DNA from: Myxococcales bacterium
Lineage (GTDB): Bacteria; Myxococcota_A; UBA9042; JABWCM01; BTVJ01
Assembly (NCBI GenBank): GCA_045863395.1
Contig: BTVJ01000010.1
Location: 98,871-162,870 of the forward strand
Reading direction: 5' to 3'
Length of the DNA: 64,000 bases
Part shown: piece by piece, positions 18,756-28,600 of the stretch
How the letters are laid out: each line of letters starts with the position of its first letter
How positions within the stretch are numbered: position 1 is the first letter of the stretch
Program-made: the position numbers and the translations under genes
Notes under the pieces: model-generated
The model's database searches: none
The model's input: the letters and a program-made list of their open reading frames with translations, nothing else
Told to the model about the DNA's origin: nothing

Positions 18756-21173
18756 TCACGGCAGGCCGTCCCGGTCCCAGCCCGTGCCACCGGGCATGTC
18801 GAGCGACAGCGCCAGCGGCGCCCCTCCATAGAGATAACGATAGGCGCCGAAGCTGGCGATGACGCGCTTCACGTAGTCGCGGGTCTGCTGGTACGGGATG
18901 CGCTCCACGAACTCGTCGAGCGGCAGGGTCCCCCGCTCCTTGAGCCACTTGCGCACGGCGCCGCTGCCGGCGTTGTAGCCCGCCGCGACCAGGGCGGGCG
19001 CCTCGTAGCGCTCCTGGAGGCGCCCCAGGTAGCGGGTGCCGAGCCGCACGTTGAGCTCCGGCGCCCGCAGGGTCTCGCTGCTGATCGTGTCCTTCTCGCC
19101 CTTGTCCAGCAGGTCCCGGGCCGTGCCGTGCATGAGCTGCATCAACCCGACCGCGTTCGCCCAGCTCTCGATGGTCGGCTCGAAGCCGCTCTCCTCCCGC
19201 ATGATGGACCAGGCGAGGGCCGGATCGACGCCGGCCGCCTGAGACGCCTTGGTCACCAGGTCGGTGAACGGGCGCGGGTACGCCAGCGCCCAGGCCAGGG
19301 CGTGCCCGTCCTTCGGGTAGCTGCGCTGGAAGGACGGGTGCTTGCGCCGAGGGATGTTGTGCGACAGCGGGTAGGCGCCCGCCCGATCGTAGAGCCACGC
19401 GGCCAGCCAGTCCCGCCCGGCTCCGGCCCCCGGCAGCCGATCCAGCTCGCGCCGGGCCTCGGTGGGCAACCCCATGCGCAGGAGCTCCACGCCGCGCTTG
19501 AAGGCGGTGGAGCCGAGCACCTCCGGCGGCGCCTCGATGAGCGCTCCCGGGGGTGCCGTGTCTTTGGCCACCATGTCAGTGAAGGCGCGCTCCGCGGCCT
19601 CGGCGCCGAGCACGTCGCTCAGTCGCCCGAGCGACAGGTGGGCGTACCACCCGAGAGGGTATGTAGACAGCACGGCCTTCCATGCGGCGACGGCCTCGTC
19701 CTTCCGGCCGAGCCTGGCCAGCGCGCGCCCTTTCCAGTAAAGAGTGCGCCCCTCGCTGTAGTACTCGGTCTCGCGCTCGATGGCAGCCAGGGCGTCATCC
19801 GCCGCCGCCACGGTCGCCTTCATGTCGCCCGACGACCACGCGTCCCACAGGAGCTGCCACCACACCTCGTCGCGCTTGTCGCCGCTGGCGTACTCGCCCG
19901 CCGCACGCAGGAGGGCCTTGCGCCGCTTGTCCTTCTCGCCCTTCTGGCCATGGATGTAGGCCTCGTAGAGCAGCGCGTCGTCATTCGTCGAGTGCTCCGG
20001 GAACTCGCGGTGGATGCGCCCGAAGTACTTGAGCGCCCGCGCGTAGTCGCCTGTCTGCACGCTGCTCTTCCCCGCGAAGTAGAGGTGCAGGGGGAAGCGC
20101 TCGTCCAGGGCGGCGCACTCGCCGACGTAGGCGTCCCAGTGCGGCTGGGAGCGGTCCCGCTTGCGCAGCTTGTCCCAGCTCCGCGCCGTGAGCTGGAGCG
20201 CCTCGCAGCGCTGCGCTGTGCCCTTCTTCAGCGCCTTCGCCAGCGGGGTCATGGACGCGATGACGTCGTCGCTCTTGTGCTGGTCGAAGAGCTTGTCTGC
20301 CCGCAGGAGCACCTCGTCGCGGGTCAGGTCCACGAGCCCAGCGCGCTCCTTCTTGGGGAAGGTGGCCGCCAGGGCGTCGAGCTGCTTCTTGGCGGCCCGC
20401 GACTCGGCGGTCATGGGCCAGCGCGCCAGGACCTGTCGCCACGCGGCCGCCGCGTCCTTCTTGCGGCCGAGCTGGAGCAGCGCCTCCCCGAGCAGCCGCT
20501 GGGACTGGCCGGTCCGCGCGTGCTTGCGCTGGTGCTCCTCCAACTGCTTGCGCGCCTCGTCCGGACGCCCGAGCGCGAGCAGGGCGCGCCCGGCCACCAG
20601 CGACGCCCGCACGGTCTGCGCGGCGCGCGCCGCCTCCAGCGCCCCCTTGGCGTCGCCCGCCGCCAGCAGGGCCGCCGCGCGCCGGGACCGGTGATCGTCG
20701 GCGAGGATCGGGTGCAGCTTGATCAGCAGCTCGAAGCGCCGCGCAGCCTCCCCATGGCGCCCCGCCGCGTCCAGGGCGCGGGCGGCCATCACCGCAGCGC
20801 GCGTCGCCACCGGGGACGCGGCGCCCTGGTGGACGAGCGCGTCGAAGGCCCGCCACGCCTGGTCCCATCGGCCCGCGTCGTAGTGCGCGAGGGCCTCCGC
20901 CGCCTTGCCCTCGCCGAACCAGGGGGTCAGGTCCACGTCCTTGAGGGCGGCGGGCACGGACTGGCGGGCCCTCGTCGCTGGCGCCTCCGCCTGGTCGGCC
21001 ACGGGGGGGACGAGGGTCGCGGCCGGCGCGGCGGCCTCCTGAGCGGCCTCCGGAGCGGTCGCGGGAGCCGGAGTCGCTACCGGGCGGGCCTCGTCGCCAG
21101 CCCCGTTGGGCTCACCGCCGCACCCCAAGACCAGGGCCAGAGCCAGCATCGCTCCACGCATCATGCACCGCAC
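18756..21173 (-). CDS. Lytic transglycosylase (SLT) lipoprotein with TPR-like helices
   Basis: Lipobox LVLGC, then IMREESGF, AVGLMQLM, AAGYNAG and IPYQQTRDYVKRV. GGAG precedes the GTG at 21173. Confidence 0.9.
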   Translation of the reverse strand: MRCMMRGAMLALALVLGCGGEPNGAGDEARPVATPAPATAPEAAQEAAAPAATLVPPVADQAEAPATRARQSVPAALKDVDLTPWFGEGKAAEALAHYDAGRWDQAWRAFDALVHQGAASPVATRAAVMAARALDAAGRHGEAARRFELLIKLHPILADDHRSRRAAALLAAGDAKGALEAARAAQTVRASLVAGRALLALGRPDEARKQLEEHQRKHARTGQSQRLLGEALLQLGRKKDAAAAWRQVLARWPMTAESRAAKKQLDALAATFPKKERAGLVDLTRDEVLLRADKLFDQHKSDDVIASMTPLAKALKKGTAQRCEALQLTARSWDKLRKRDRSQPHWDAYVGECAALDERFPLHLYFAGKSSVQTGDYARALKYFGRIHREFPEHSTNDDALLYEAYIHGQKGEKDKRRKALLRAAGEYASGDKRDEVWWQLLWDAWSSGDMKATVAAADDALAAIERETEYYSEGRTLYWKGRALARLGRKDEAVAAWKAVLSTYPLGWYAHLSLGRLSDVLGAEAAERAFTDMVAKDTAPPGALIEAPPEVLGSTAFKRGVELLRMGLPTEARRELDRLPGAGAGRDWLAAWLYDRAGAYPLSHNIPRRKHPSFQRSYPKDGHALAWALAYPRPFTDLVTKASQAAGVDPALAWSIMREESGFEPTIESWANAVGLMQLMHGTARDLLDKGEKDTISSETLRAPELNVRLGTRYLGRLQERYEAPALVAAGYNAGSGAVRKWLKERGTLPLDEFVERIPYQQTRDYVKRVIASFGAYRYLYGGAPLALSLDMPGGTGWDRDGLP

Positions 21174-21271
21174 CGTCGGCTCCTCCCGGGCTGGGGAAGG
21201 GGCCAGTCTAACCGGCGCAGCGAAGGCACGCCACCTTGCGCCGTGGAGGCGACAGGGTCCGGGCTCGCAGG

Positions 21272-23116
21272 TCAGTGCAGGTCCACGCGGCCAGTCTCCA
21301 GGTCGACCAGGAGCTTGCGCGACGCCCCCGCACCGAGGACGACCGGGACGGTCTTCGAGGCGCCGAGTGCGTCGTTCGCCACGCGGACGGAGCGGCGACC
21401 GGCCTTGACCCGCTGGTTGGTGACGAGCCCGTCGCCGACCCTGCGCCCGTCGATCCACACGCGGCCAGTGGGGCGCACCGCCACGGAGAGGGTCGCCATC
21501 TCCTGCGGGCGGGCCTCGTCTGTGCGGGGCAGTACGGGGAGGGCAGGCGCATCGACCTCGACCTCCGGGGCCCGTGGGGCGATCGCCTCCTCCAATGGCA
21601 GGCGGACGCGCGCCTGCGCCCCGTCGTCGGAGCCCCGGTGCGCCGGCGGTCTGGCGGCGCGGAGCGGTGGCCCCTCCGGAGCCCCGAGGCGCTCCGGTGC
21701 CCCCGGCAGCGGGCCCGGTCCGTGATCGGCGGGAGCGAGCTTCTCGGCGGCCGGCTCCTCCTCCTCGACCGCCTCGACCGCCTCCGCCGCTGGGGCCACC
21801 TCGACTGCCGCGACTTCCTCGGGCGCCGTGCCGTGCCCGACGGGCGTCGCCCCCACTGCGCCCCTCTCGGCGTCGCCCTGCCTCTCCCGGGGCATGACCA
21901 CCCAGCCGGCGACGGCCAGGGCGCAGGCCAGCCCTCCGGCGACCGCCCACAGCCATCGCCGGCGAGGGGCGCCCCCCGCCGCGACGACGGCCACCCCGCC
22001 GGGCACCGTCGCCTGGTCCGGCAGCCGGGCAGGTGCCCGCTCCGGCGGCTCCACCGCAGGCCACCCGTCACCGGCGCGCCCCCGCCCGCCCCGCTCCAGG
22101 CGCACGGGCGTGTGCCGCCTCGCGACCGCCTCCAGGGTCAAGCGGTCCACGGACGGCCGCGTCGGGGCGTCGGGCGCGGTGTCGTCGACGAGCAGGCCCG
22201 GCAGCGACGGCGGCAGCGCAGGGAGGTCTCCCTCGACGAGCGGCGAGCAGGCGCCCTCCAACGCCGTGACGAACGCCCCGCACGAGGGGAAGCGCCGCTC
22301 CGGCGCCTTGGCCAGGACGCGCCGCAGCACGTCCTCCAGCGCGGGCGGCACCGGGAGGCCGCACGCCAGCACGAGGGGCGGGGGCGGGTCCCGGAGCTGC
22401 GCCGAGAGCACCTCCACCCGGGTCGCGGCGCGAAACGGCCGGTGCCCCGCGAGCAGCTCCCAGGCGACCAGCCCGAGCGCATATTGATCGGTGCGGGCGT
22501 CGAGGGGTTGGCCCCGGATCTGCTCCGGCGCCATGTACTCGGGCGTCCCGATGACCGCCTTTGGCTCCGTCAGGTTCGTGGTGAGGCCGTCGTCGACCCG
22601 CTGCACCGTCTCCAGGAACTTGAGGACGCCGAAGTCGATGAGCTTGACGTGGTCGGGGTCCCCGGCGTACCGGAGCGTCATGATGTTGGACGGCTTCAGG
22701 TCGCGGTGCAGCACCCCGCTCTCGTGTGAGAAGTCGAGGGCCGCCGCGATCTGCCGCAGCAGGTGGACCGCCCGGCCCGGCGCGACGACCCCCTCCCGCA
22801 GGACCCTGGCCAGGGAGCGCCCGTCGAGCAGCTCCATGGCCAGGTACATGCGGCCGTCCTCCTCCTCGCCCAGGTCGTGGTGCACGACGATGCCGGGGTG
22901 CCGCAGCGCGGTCACCACGCGCGCCTCCCGGAGGAAGCGCTTGCGGATCTTGGGGTTGTCGGACAGGTCGGGCTTGAGTACCTTCAGGGCCACGGGGCAG
23001 CGCAAGCCCAGGTGGCGGGCGACGTACACGGTCGCAAAGCCGCCTGACGCCAGGACGGTCTCGATCTCGTACCGTCCGGCGAGCACGCTCCCCATCTCCA
23101 GCACTGGATGCGACAT
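21272..23116 (-). CDS. Hanks-type Ser/Thr protein kinase with a TM helix and PEGA-like C-terminus
   Basis: VALKVL, HRDLKPSN, DFG and GTPEYMAPEQ. TM segment WLWAVAGGLACALAVAGWVV. Confidence 0.92.
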   Translation of the reverse strand: MSHPVLEMGSVLAGRYEIETVLASGGFATVYVARHLGLRCPVALKVLKPDLSDNPKIRKRFLREARVVTALRHPGIVVHHDLGEEEDGRMYLAMELLDGRSLARVLREGVVAPGRAVHLLRQIAAALDFSHESGVLHRDLKPSNIMTLRYAGDPDHVKLIDFGVLKFLETVQRVDDGLTTNLTEPKAVIGTPEYMAPEQIRGQPLDARTDQYALGLVAWELLAGHRPFRAATRVEVLSAQLRDPPPPLVLACGLPVPPALEDVLRRVLAKAPERRFPSCGAFVTALEGACSPLVEGDLPALPPSLPGLLVDDTAPDAPTRPSVDRLTLEAVARRHTPVRLERGGRGRAGDGWPAVEPPERAPARLPDQATVPGGVAVVAAGGAPRRRWLWAVAGGLACALAVAGWVVMPRERQGDAERGAVGATPVGHGTAPEEVAAVEVAPAAEAVEAVEEEEPAAEKLAPADHGPGPLPGAPERLGAPEGPPLRAARPPAHRGSDDGAQARVRLPLEEAIAPRAPEVEVDAPALPVLPRTDEARPQEMATLSVAVRPTGRVWIDGRRVGDGLVTNQRVKAGRRSVRVANDALGASKTVPVVLGAGASRKLLVDLETGRVDLH

Positions 23117-23313
23117 GGCCTCCCTCGCGATGCAGCGCCATCGGCCAAACGGGGCCCGAGCATGAGGCTCACCAATCTTTGCCTCACCATGGTGGCAGAA
23201 CGGACCCGCGCAGGGGAACGGAAAAAAATGGTGGCCCGGTCACCGGTCGCCGTGCATCCTGGTGCGCCGTCGAGGCGGGTCGGGGGTCCCGCGGAGCGCT
23301 GCGAGGGAGCCAC

Positions 23314-25596
23314 GTGGAAGAGACGATGAAGGGGAGCCAACCGGGCGCGGCGCGGCCGCTGGTCCTCAGGCCGGGAGCGCGCGTCGAGGCGGCACACAGG
23401 CAGGCGATCACCACCGCGGGCGTCGGCCCCGAGAAGCGCGTCCCGAGCGTCGGCGTGCTGGAGGTGTGGGCGTCGTGGGCGCGCCTCAACCCAGACGGCT
23501 CCCTGACGGGGTCGCTGCGGGTGCGCCGCGTCGAGCAGGACGAGGCAGGGCGACTGGACGAGCTGTCCAGGGTCATCGACTCCGGGGACGGCCGCGGCCA
23601 GCCCAGCGCCGACGACCGGGCGCGCCTGGAGGCCATCGCGTCCCGCGTGAACGCCGATCTCCTGCGTGCCGCGGAGGAGCTCTCCGAGCAGCCCCCGCGA
23701 GGGCGCGCAGCGCTCGTGCGGCGCTGCCTCTCCGCCATGGACGGCGCCCCGGGCTCGTGCACGGAGGAGGGCATCGCGGCCCTGGTGAACCGCGTCAAGA
23801 ACGACGACCTGCGCATCACGGAGCGCACGCGCCACGCCGTCCTCTGGCTGCTCCTGCGGGACCGCAACGGCGGGGTCGCCGCCAGCGACACGAGCGGCGA
23901 CGTCGTCGACTGGGTCCTGCGCCACGAGGAGGCCCGCGGCGGCCTGACGGGCGTCATCGCGGCCTGCGACGAGCTCTACCGGGAGGTGACCGGGCACCGC
24001 CCGTCGTCGACGCTCAGCAGCCGCGTCGACCGGGCCGGCGCCATGCGGTACATGGTGGAGGCGACCCGGGTCCCCACGGCGCCTCGCCCAGCGGCGCGCA
24101 CCATGGCTGCGCAGGCTCCTCAGGCAGTCCCAGGGGAGGAGCTCCAGTCGCTCCGCGACCAGCTCAAGACCCTGGAGACGCGCCTCGAGGCCGCCGAGCG
24201 CGGGCGCCAGGACGCCCTGGACACCACCCGCCAGCTCAGCGACGAGGTGGCGCGGCTGACCGTGGCGCTGGAGGAGGCGCGGCGCGAGGGCGCCCACCTT
24301 CGGCACGAGCCCCCGCGACGGGTCGAGACGCGAGCGCAGGTGGAGCAGCAGGAGCCCCCGATGAGCGCCCTGGAGCCCGCGGAGCGACCGCGCTCCGAGC
24401 CCCAGCCGCCCGCAGGAGCTCCGGTCCTCGCCGAGCCAGCGCTTGCGGAGCCGGACCCTCAGCCAGAGGCGCCCCTCGACGACGGGTTCTTCGACCGGGA
24501 GGTCCTGGAGGCGCTGCCGCTGGAGGACCCGCCGGCGGCCCTCCCCCGCCCGGCACCCGAGCCCCCCCGTCCCGGTCCACGCTTCGCAACCGCCTCCCGG
24601 CCGTCGCCGCAGTCCTTCCTGGACGAGCACATCGGGGGCGACGGCCGCACCCGCGCCATCGTGGTGGGCATCGCCATCATCCTGCTGGTCGCAGCGGCTT
24701 GGGTCTTCGTCCAGCGAGCGGCCAGCACGGACGGGGCGCCCCCCTCGCCCCCGGCGGCCGGCACCTCGGAGCCCGAGGAGCGCCCCGCGGCGGTCCGCAA
24801 GTCCCCCCTTGGCGCCCAAGAGCCCGAGGCCCCCACCGCCCCCATCGAGGACGTGGACGTCGTGGAGGAGGCGCCGGAGAACCCGACGGGCTCGGCCGAG
24901 GCCCCGATCGACGAGCCGACGGGCCCCGCTCCCGCCATCGACGCGCCCCTCTTCAAGCCGTCGCTCATGCTGACGACCCGCTCCAAGGCCTTCGTGCAGG
25001 GGGTCAAGATGGCGCAGCAGGTCGAGGACCTCCCGGGCTCCGACTTCGTGCTGCGGGAGTGTGTCATCGCTCCCTCGGCCGCCTCGGAGGAGCCGACCTA
25101 CAGAGGCTACAGCCCGGTCAAGCTGCTCTGCGACGGCAAGCTCCGCACCTTCTGCCGCTCCCTGGGCTGCTCCGACGAGGCCATCGTCTGCCACACCCGC
25201 GCCTCGGCGCTCAAGCCTTGCAGCGCCACGGTGCCCGTGGACCCGTGGGAGGGCGTCGCCCCCGACGAGGTCACAGGCAAGCCTCCCGCGGACTTTGCGC
25301 CCTCCTTCATGATTCGCACAGGCAGCAAGGTGTATGCTGCGGGCACTGGCGACGCTGTCCCTCTGGAGACGCTCCCAGGTGTCCTCGAGGTCGAGGGACG
25401 CTGCGTGTTCGCCGCGTCCACCAAGGAGCGGACGCGACGGCGCGCCGTGCCCGGCTTCGAGCACCTGGCCATCCACTGCGCCGGGCCCCGGTCGGCCTTG
25501 TGCAAGGCGCTCGCGTGCGGGGCGCCGGGCCAGCTCTGCCACCTGGTCGCAAGCGGGGTGAAGCCCTGCAAGCTCGAAGACACGCCCCAGCCGTAG
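23314..25596 (+). CDS. Hypothetical single-pass membrane protein with a coiled coil and a duplicated 6-Cys C-terminal domain
   Basis: Long GC3-biased ORF with TM segment AIVVGIAIILLVAAAWVFV and two homologous C-terminal units. The start could be 23314 (GTG) or 23326 (ATG). Confidence 0.7.
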   Translation: MEETMKGSQPGAARPLVLRPGARVEAAHRQAITTAGVGPEKRVPSVGVLEVWASWARLNPDGSLTGSLRVRRVEQDEAGRLDELSRVIDSGDGRGQPSADDRARLEAIASRVNADLLRAAEELSEQPPRGRAALVRRCLSAMDGAPGSCTEEGIAALVNRVKNDDLRITERTRHAVLWLLLRDRNGGVAASDTSGDVVDWVLRHEEARGGLTGVIAACDELYREVTGHRPSSTLSSRVDRAGAMRYMVEATRVPTAPRPAARTMAAQAPQAVPGEELQSLRDQLKTLETRLEAAERGRQDALDTTRQLSDEVARLTVALEEARREGAHLRHEPPRRVETRAQVEQQEPPMSALEPAERPRSEPQPPAGAPVLAEPALAEPDPQPEAPLDDGFFDREVLEALPLEDPPAALPRPAPEPPRPGPRFATASRPSPQSFLDEHIGGDGRTRAIVVGIAIILLVAAAWVFVQRAASTDGAPPSPPAAGTSEPEERPAAVRKSPLGAQEPEAPTAPIEDVDVVEEAPENPTGSAEAPIDEPTGPAPAIDAPLFKPSLMLTTRSKAFVQGVKMAQQVEDLPGSDFVLRECVIAPSAASEEPTYRGYSPVKLLCDGKLRTFCRSLGCSDEAIVCHTRASALKPCSATVPVDPWEGVAPDEVTGKPPADFAPSFMIRTGSKVYAAGTGDAVPLETLPGVLEVEGRCVFAASTKERTRRRAVPGFEHLAIHCAGPRSALCKALACGAPGQLCHLVASGVKPCKLEDTPQP

Positions 25597-25613
25597 GCGG
25601 GGCAGGAGGTCCG

Positions 25614-28600
25614 ATGTCGCGCTCGCTGACCCTGGCCATCACCCTGCTCCTCGTCGCGTGCGCCACCGATGAACCCAAGGGCCTGAGCGACTTCAAGCCG
25701 CCCAAGGGCGACACGGCGGAGGACGAGGACGCGGCGGGCGACGCGACCGCGCCCGAGCCGGACGTCGCCGACGATGCGGGCGGGCTGCCGGACATCGCGC
25801 CAGACACGCCCGAAGAGGCCGACGTCCCGCAGGAGCCCTGCGTCACGGACGAGGACTGCCCCCTCCCCCTCGACCTGTGCGCCCCCCGCGCCGCGTGCTT
25901 CGACGGCGCCTGCGTCCCCGGGAGCCTGCCTGCGGTGGTGTGCGACCCGTCGGGCGACACGGCGTGCCGGGTCGCCACCTGCATGCCGGCCACCGGGGAG
26001 TGCGCCCTGGTCGCCACCGGATCGGGCGAGCCCTGCGACGACGGCGACGTCTGCACCAGCGACGACAAATGCACCCCGGCGGGCGCGTGCGCGGGGACAC
26101 CGCTCCCATGCACCGACGGCGACCCATGCACCGACGACTGGTGCGAGGGCGGCACCTGCACCTCCAAGGTCAAGAGCTGCGAGGACGGGAACCTCTGCAC
26201 CCTGGACACCTGCGTCGCCGGGCTCTGCACCCACGAGCCCACGACCTGCGACGATGGAGACCCCTGCACCACCGACACCTGCAACCCGAACGGCGGCTGC
26301 CAGTGGTCGAAGAAGCTCTGCGACGACGGCGACCCCTGCACCAAGGACGCCTGTGTCGGCGGCGTGTGCAACTTCGCAGAGGTCCCGGGCTGCAAGGTGG
26401 AGTGCCTCACCCCCAAGGACTGCGACGACGGCGACGCGTGCACGGAGGAGCTGTGCACGGTCGAGGGCTGCGGCCACAAGCCCCTGGTGTGCAACGACGG
26501 AAACCCCTGCAACGGCACGGAGGGCTGCTCACCCGACACCGGCTGCTTCAAGGGCCCCGACATCCCGCAGTGCGCGGACAACGACCCCTGCACCCTGGAG
26601 GACTGCGTCGCCTTCAAGGGCTGCGTCACCGTCCCCGTCGACTGCAACGACGGGCTCCCCTGCACCAAGGACGCGTGCGTGGCCGGCAAGTGCACGAACA
26701 CGGTGGATCTGTCGGTGTGCGGCAGCGCCAACCAGCCCGGCGGGTGCGTCGAGTGGACGTGCCACCCCGTGAGCGGCTGCGTCGCCGAGCCCGTGAGCTG
26801 CAACGACGGCGACCCGTGCACCCTGGACGCCTGCGCCGAGACCGGCTGCACCCACAAGCTTGTGGAAGGCTGCGGCGTGCAGTGCACGTCGCCGCAGGAC
26901 TGCGACAACGGCGACCCCTGCGACGGCATCGAGGGGTGCGACGACGGGATCTGCGTGGTGGGTGAGCCGCCGACCTGCGACGACGGCGACCCCTGCACCC
27001 TGGACACGTGCCTCGGGACCTGCGTCAACGTGCCCGCCACGGGGCAGCCCTGCGACGACGGCGAGCCCTGCACCACGGACGAGACGTGCACGCCCGAAGG
27101 GTGCGTGGGGCCCTTCACCGACTGCGACGACGGCAACCCCTGCACCGCGGACGAGTGCGTCGGCGGCCTCGGCTGCGCCCACGTCCCGACTCCCGGCGAC
27201 CCGTGCGACGACGGCGACCCGTGCACCGCCGGGACCTACTGCGCCGGCGCCTCCTGCGAAGGGGGTGGCGGGGCCTGCGACGACGACGACCCGTGCACCA
27301 CGGACGCCTGCGACGGTGGCACCTGCACCCACGCGGCGGCGTCGAACGGCGCCCCCTGCGACGACGGCGACCCCTGCACCCTGAAAGACACCTGCGCCAG
27401 CGGTCAGTGCACCCCAGGGCTCGCCTGCGACGACGGCGACCTCTGCACCCTCGACGTGTGCGAGGCGGGTGTCGGGTGCTCCTGGATGGAGGACAACTGC
27501 GCGGACGGCAACCCCTGCACCCTCGACTTCTGCGGGGCCCTCGGGTGCGAGCACGTGGCAGTCCCCGGCTGCGGCGGGGCCTGCACCACGGACGACCAGT
27601 GCGACGACGAGAACGCCTGCACCGGCGTGGAGACCTGCGTTGCCGGCGGCTGCGCCATCGGCTCGCTGCTCGACTGCGATGATGGCGACCCATGCACCCT
27701 CGACGGGTGCGACGCCACCACGGGGTGCAGCTCCGAGCCGCGCGATGACGGCACGCCCTGCAGCGACGGGAGCCCCTGCACCGTTGGGGACACGTGCTTC
27801 TCCGGGAACTGCGAGGCGACGGCCCTGACCTGCGAGAGCCCGGACCCGTGCGTGACAGGCTCCTGCAACCCGGTGGAGGGTGGCTGCAGCTACGTCCCCG
27901 TCCCTGACGGCACCTGCAACGACGGGAGCGCCTGCACCATCGACACCTGCAAACCTGGAGCCGGCTGCACCTACACGCCCGTCGAGACGTGCGATGACGG
28001 CGACCCCTGCACCGACGACTCCTGCGACCCGAGCAAGGGCTGCGTCCACGCGCCCCGGGGTCTCGGCGCCCCCTGCGAGGACAGCGACGCCTGCACGAGC
28101 AACACGACCTGCGACGCCGCAGGGAAGTGCACGGGAGCCAAGAAGACCTGCAACGACCTGAACCCGTGCACGGCTGACTCCTGCGACCCCAAGACCGCCA
28201 AGTGCGTGTTCACGGACGTCGGGCCCGCCGCGTGTGACGACGGGGAGCCGTGCACGGCGGACGCCTGCGACCCGGCCAAGGGGTGCGTCCACCCGCCCGA
28301 CTCCTGCGACGACGGAGACCCCTGCACGGAGGACGCCTGCTACGTCGGCCTGGGGTGCGGCCATGCGCCGCTGCCGCCGAACGCCTGCGGCGACTCGAAT
28401 CCATGCACCAACGACTACTGCGAGCCGGGGGTCGGGTGCGTCCACCCGCAGGTGAACGAGGGCCTGCCGTGCAACGACGGCAAGGTGTGCACCACCGACG
28501 ACAAGTGCTCGGGCGTGGTGTGCGTGGGCAACGCCGGGGCCGCGTGCAACGACGGCAACCCGTGCACCTTCGACACCTGCGACGACGGGGGCGGCTGCGT

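Noticed and set aside
17244..21725. Very long shadow ORFs (1493 aa here; also 26529-30248, 34687-39102, 35528-38776)
   Set aside because: These are antisense or off-frame shadows of real GC3-biased genes, with R/A/P-rich composition and no motifs.
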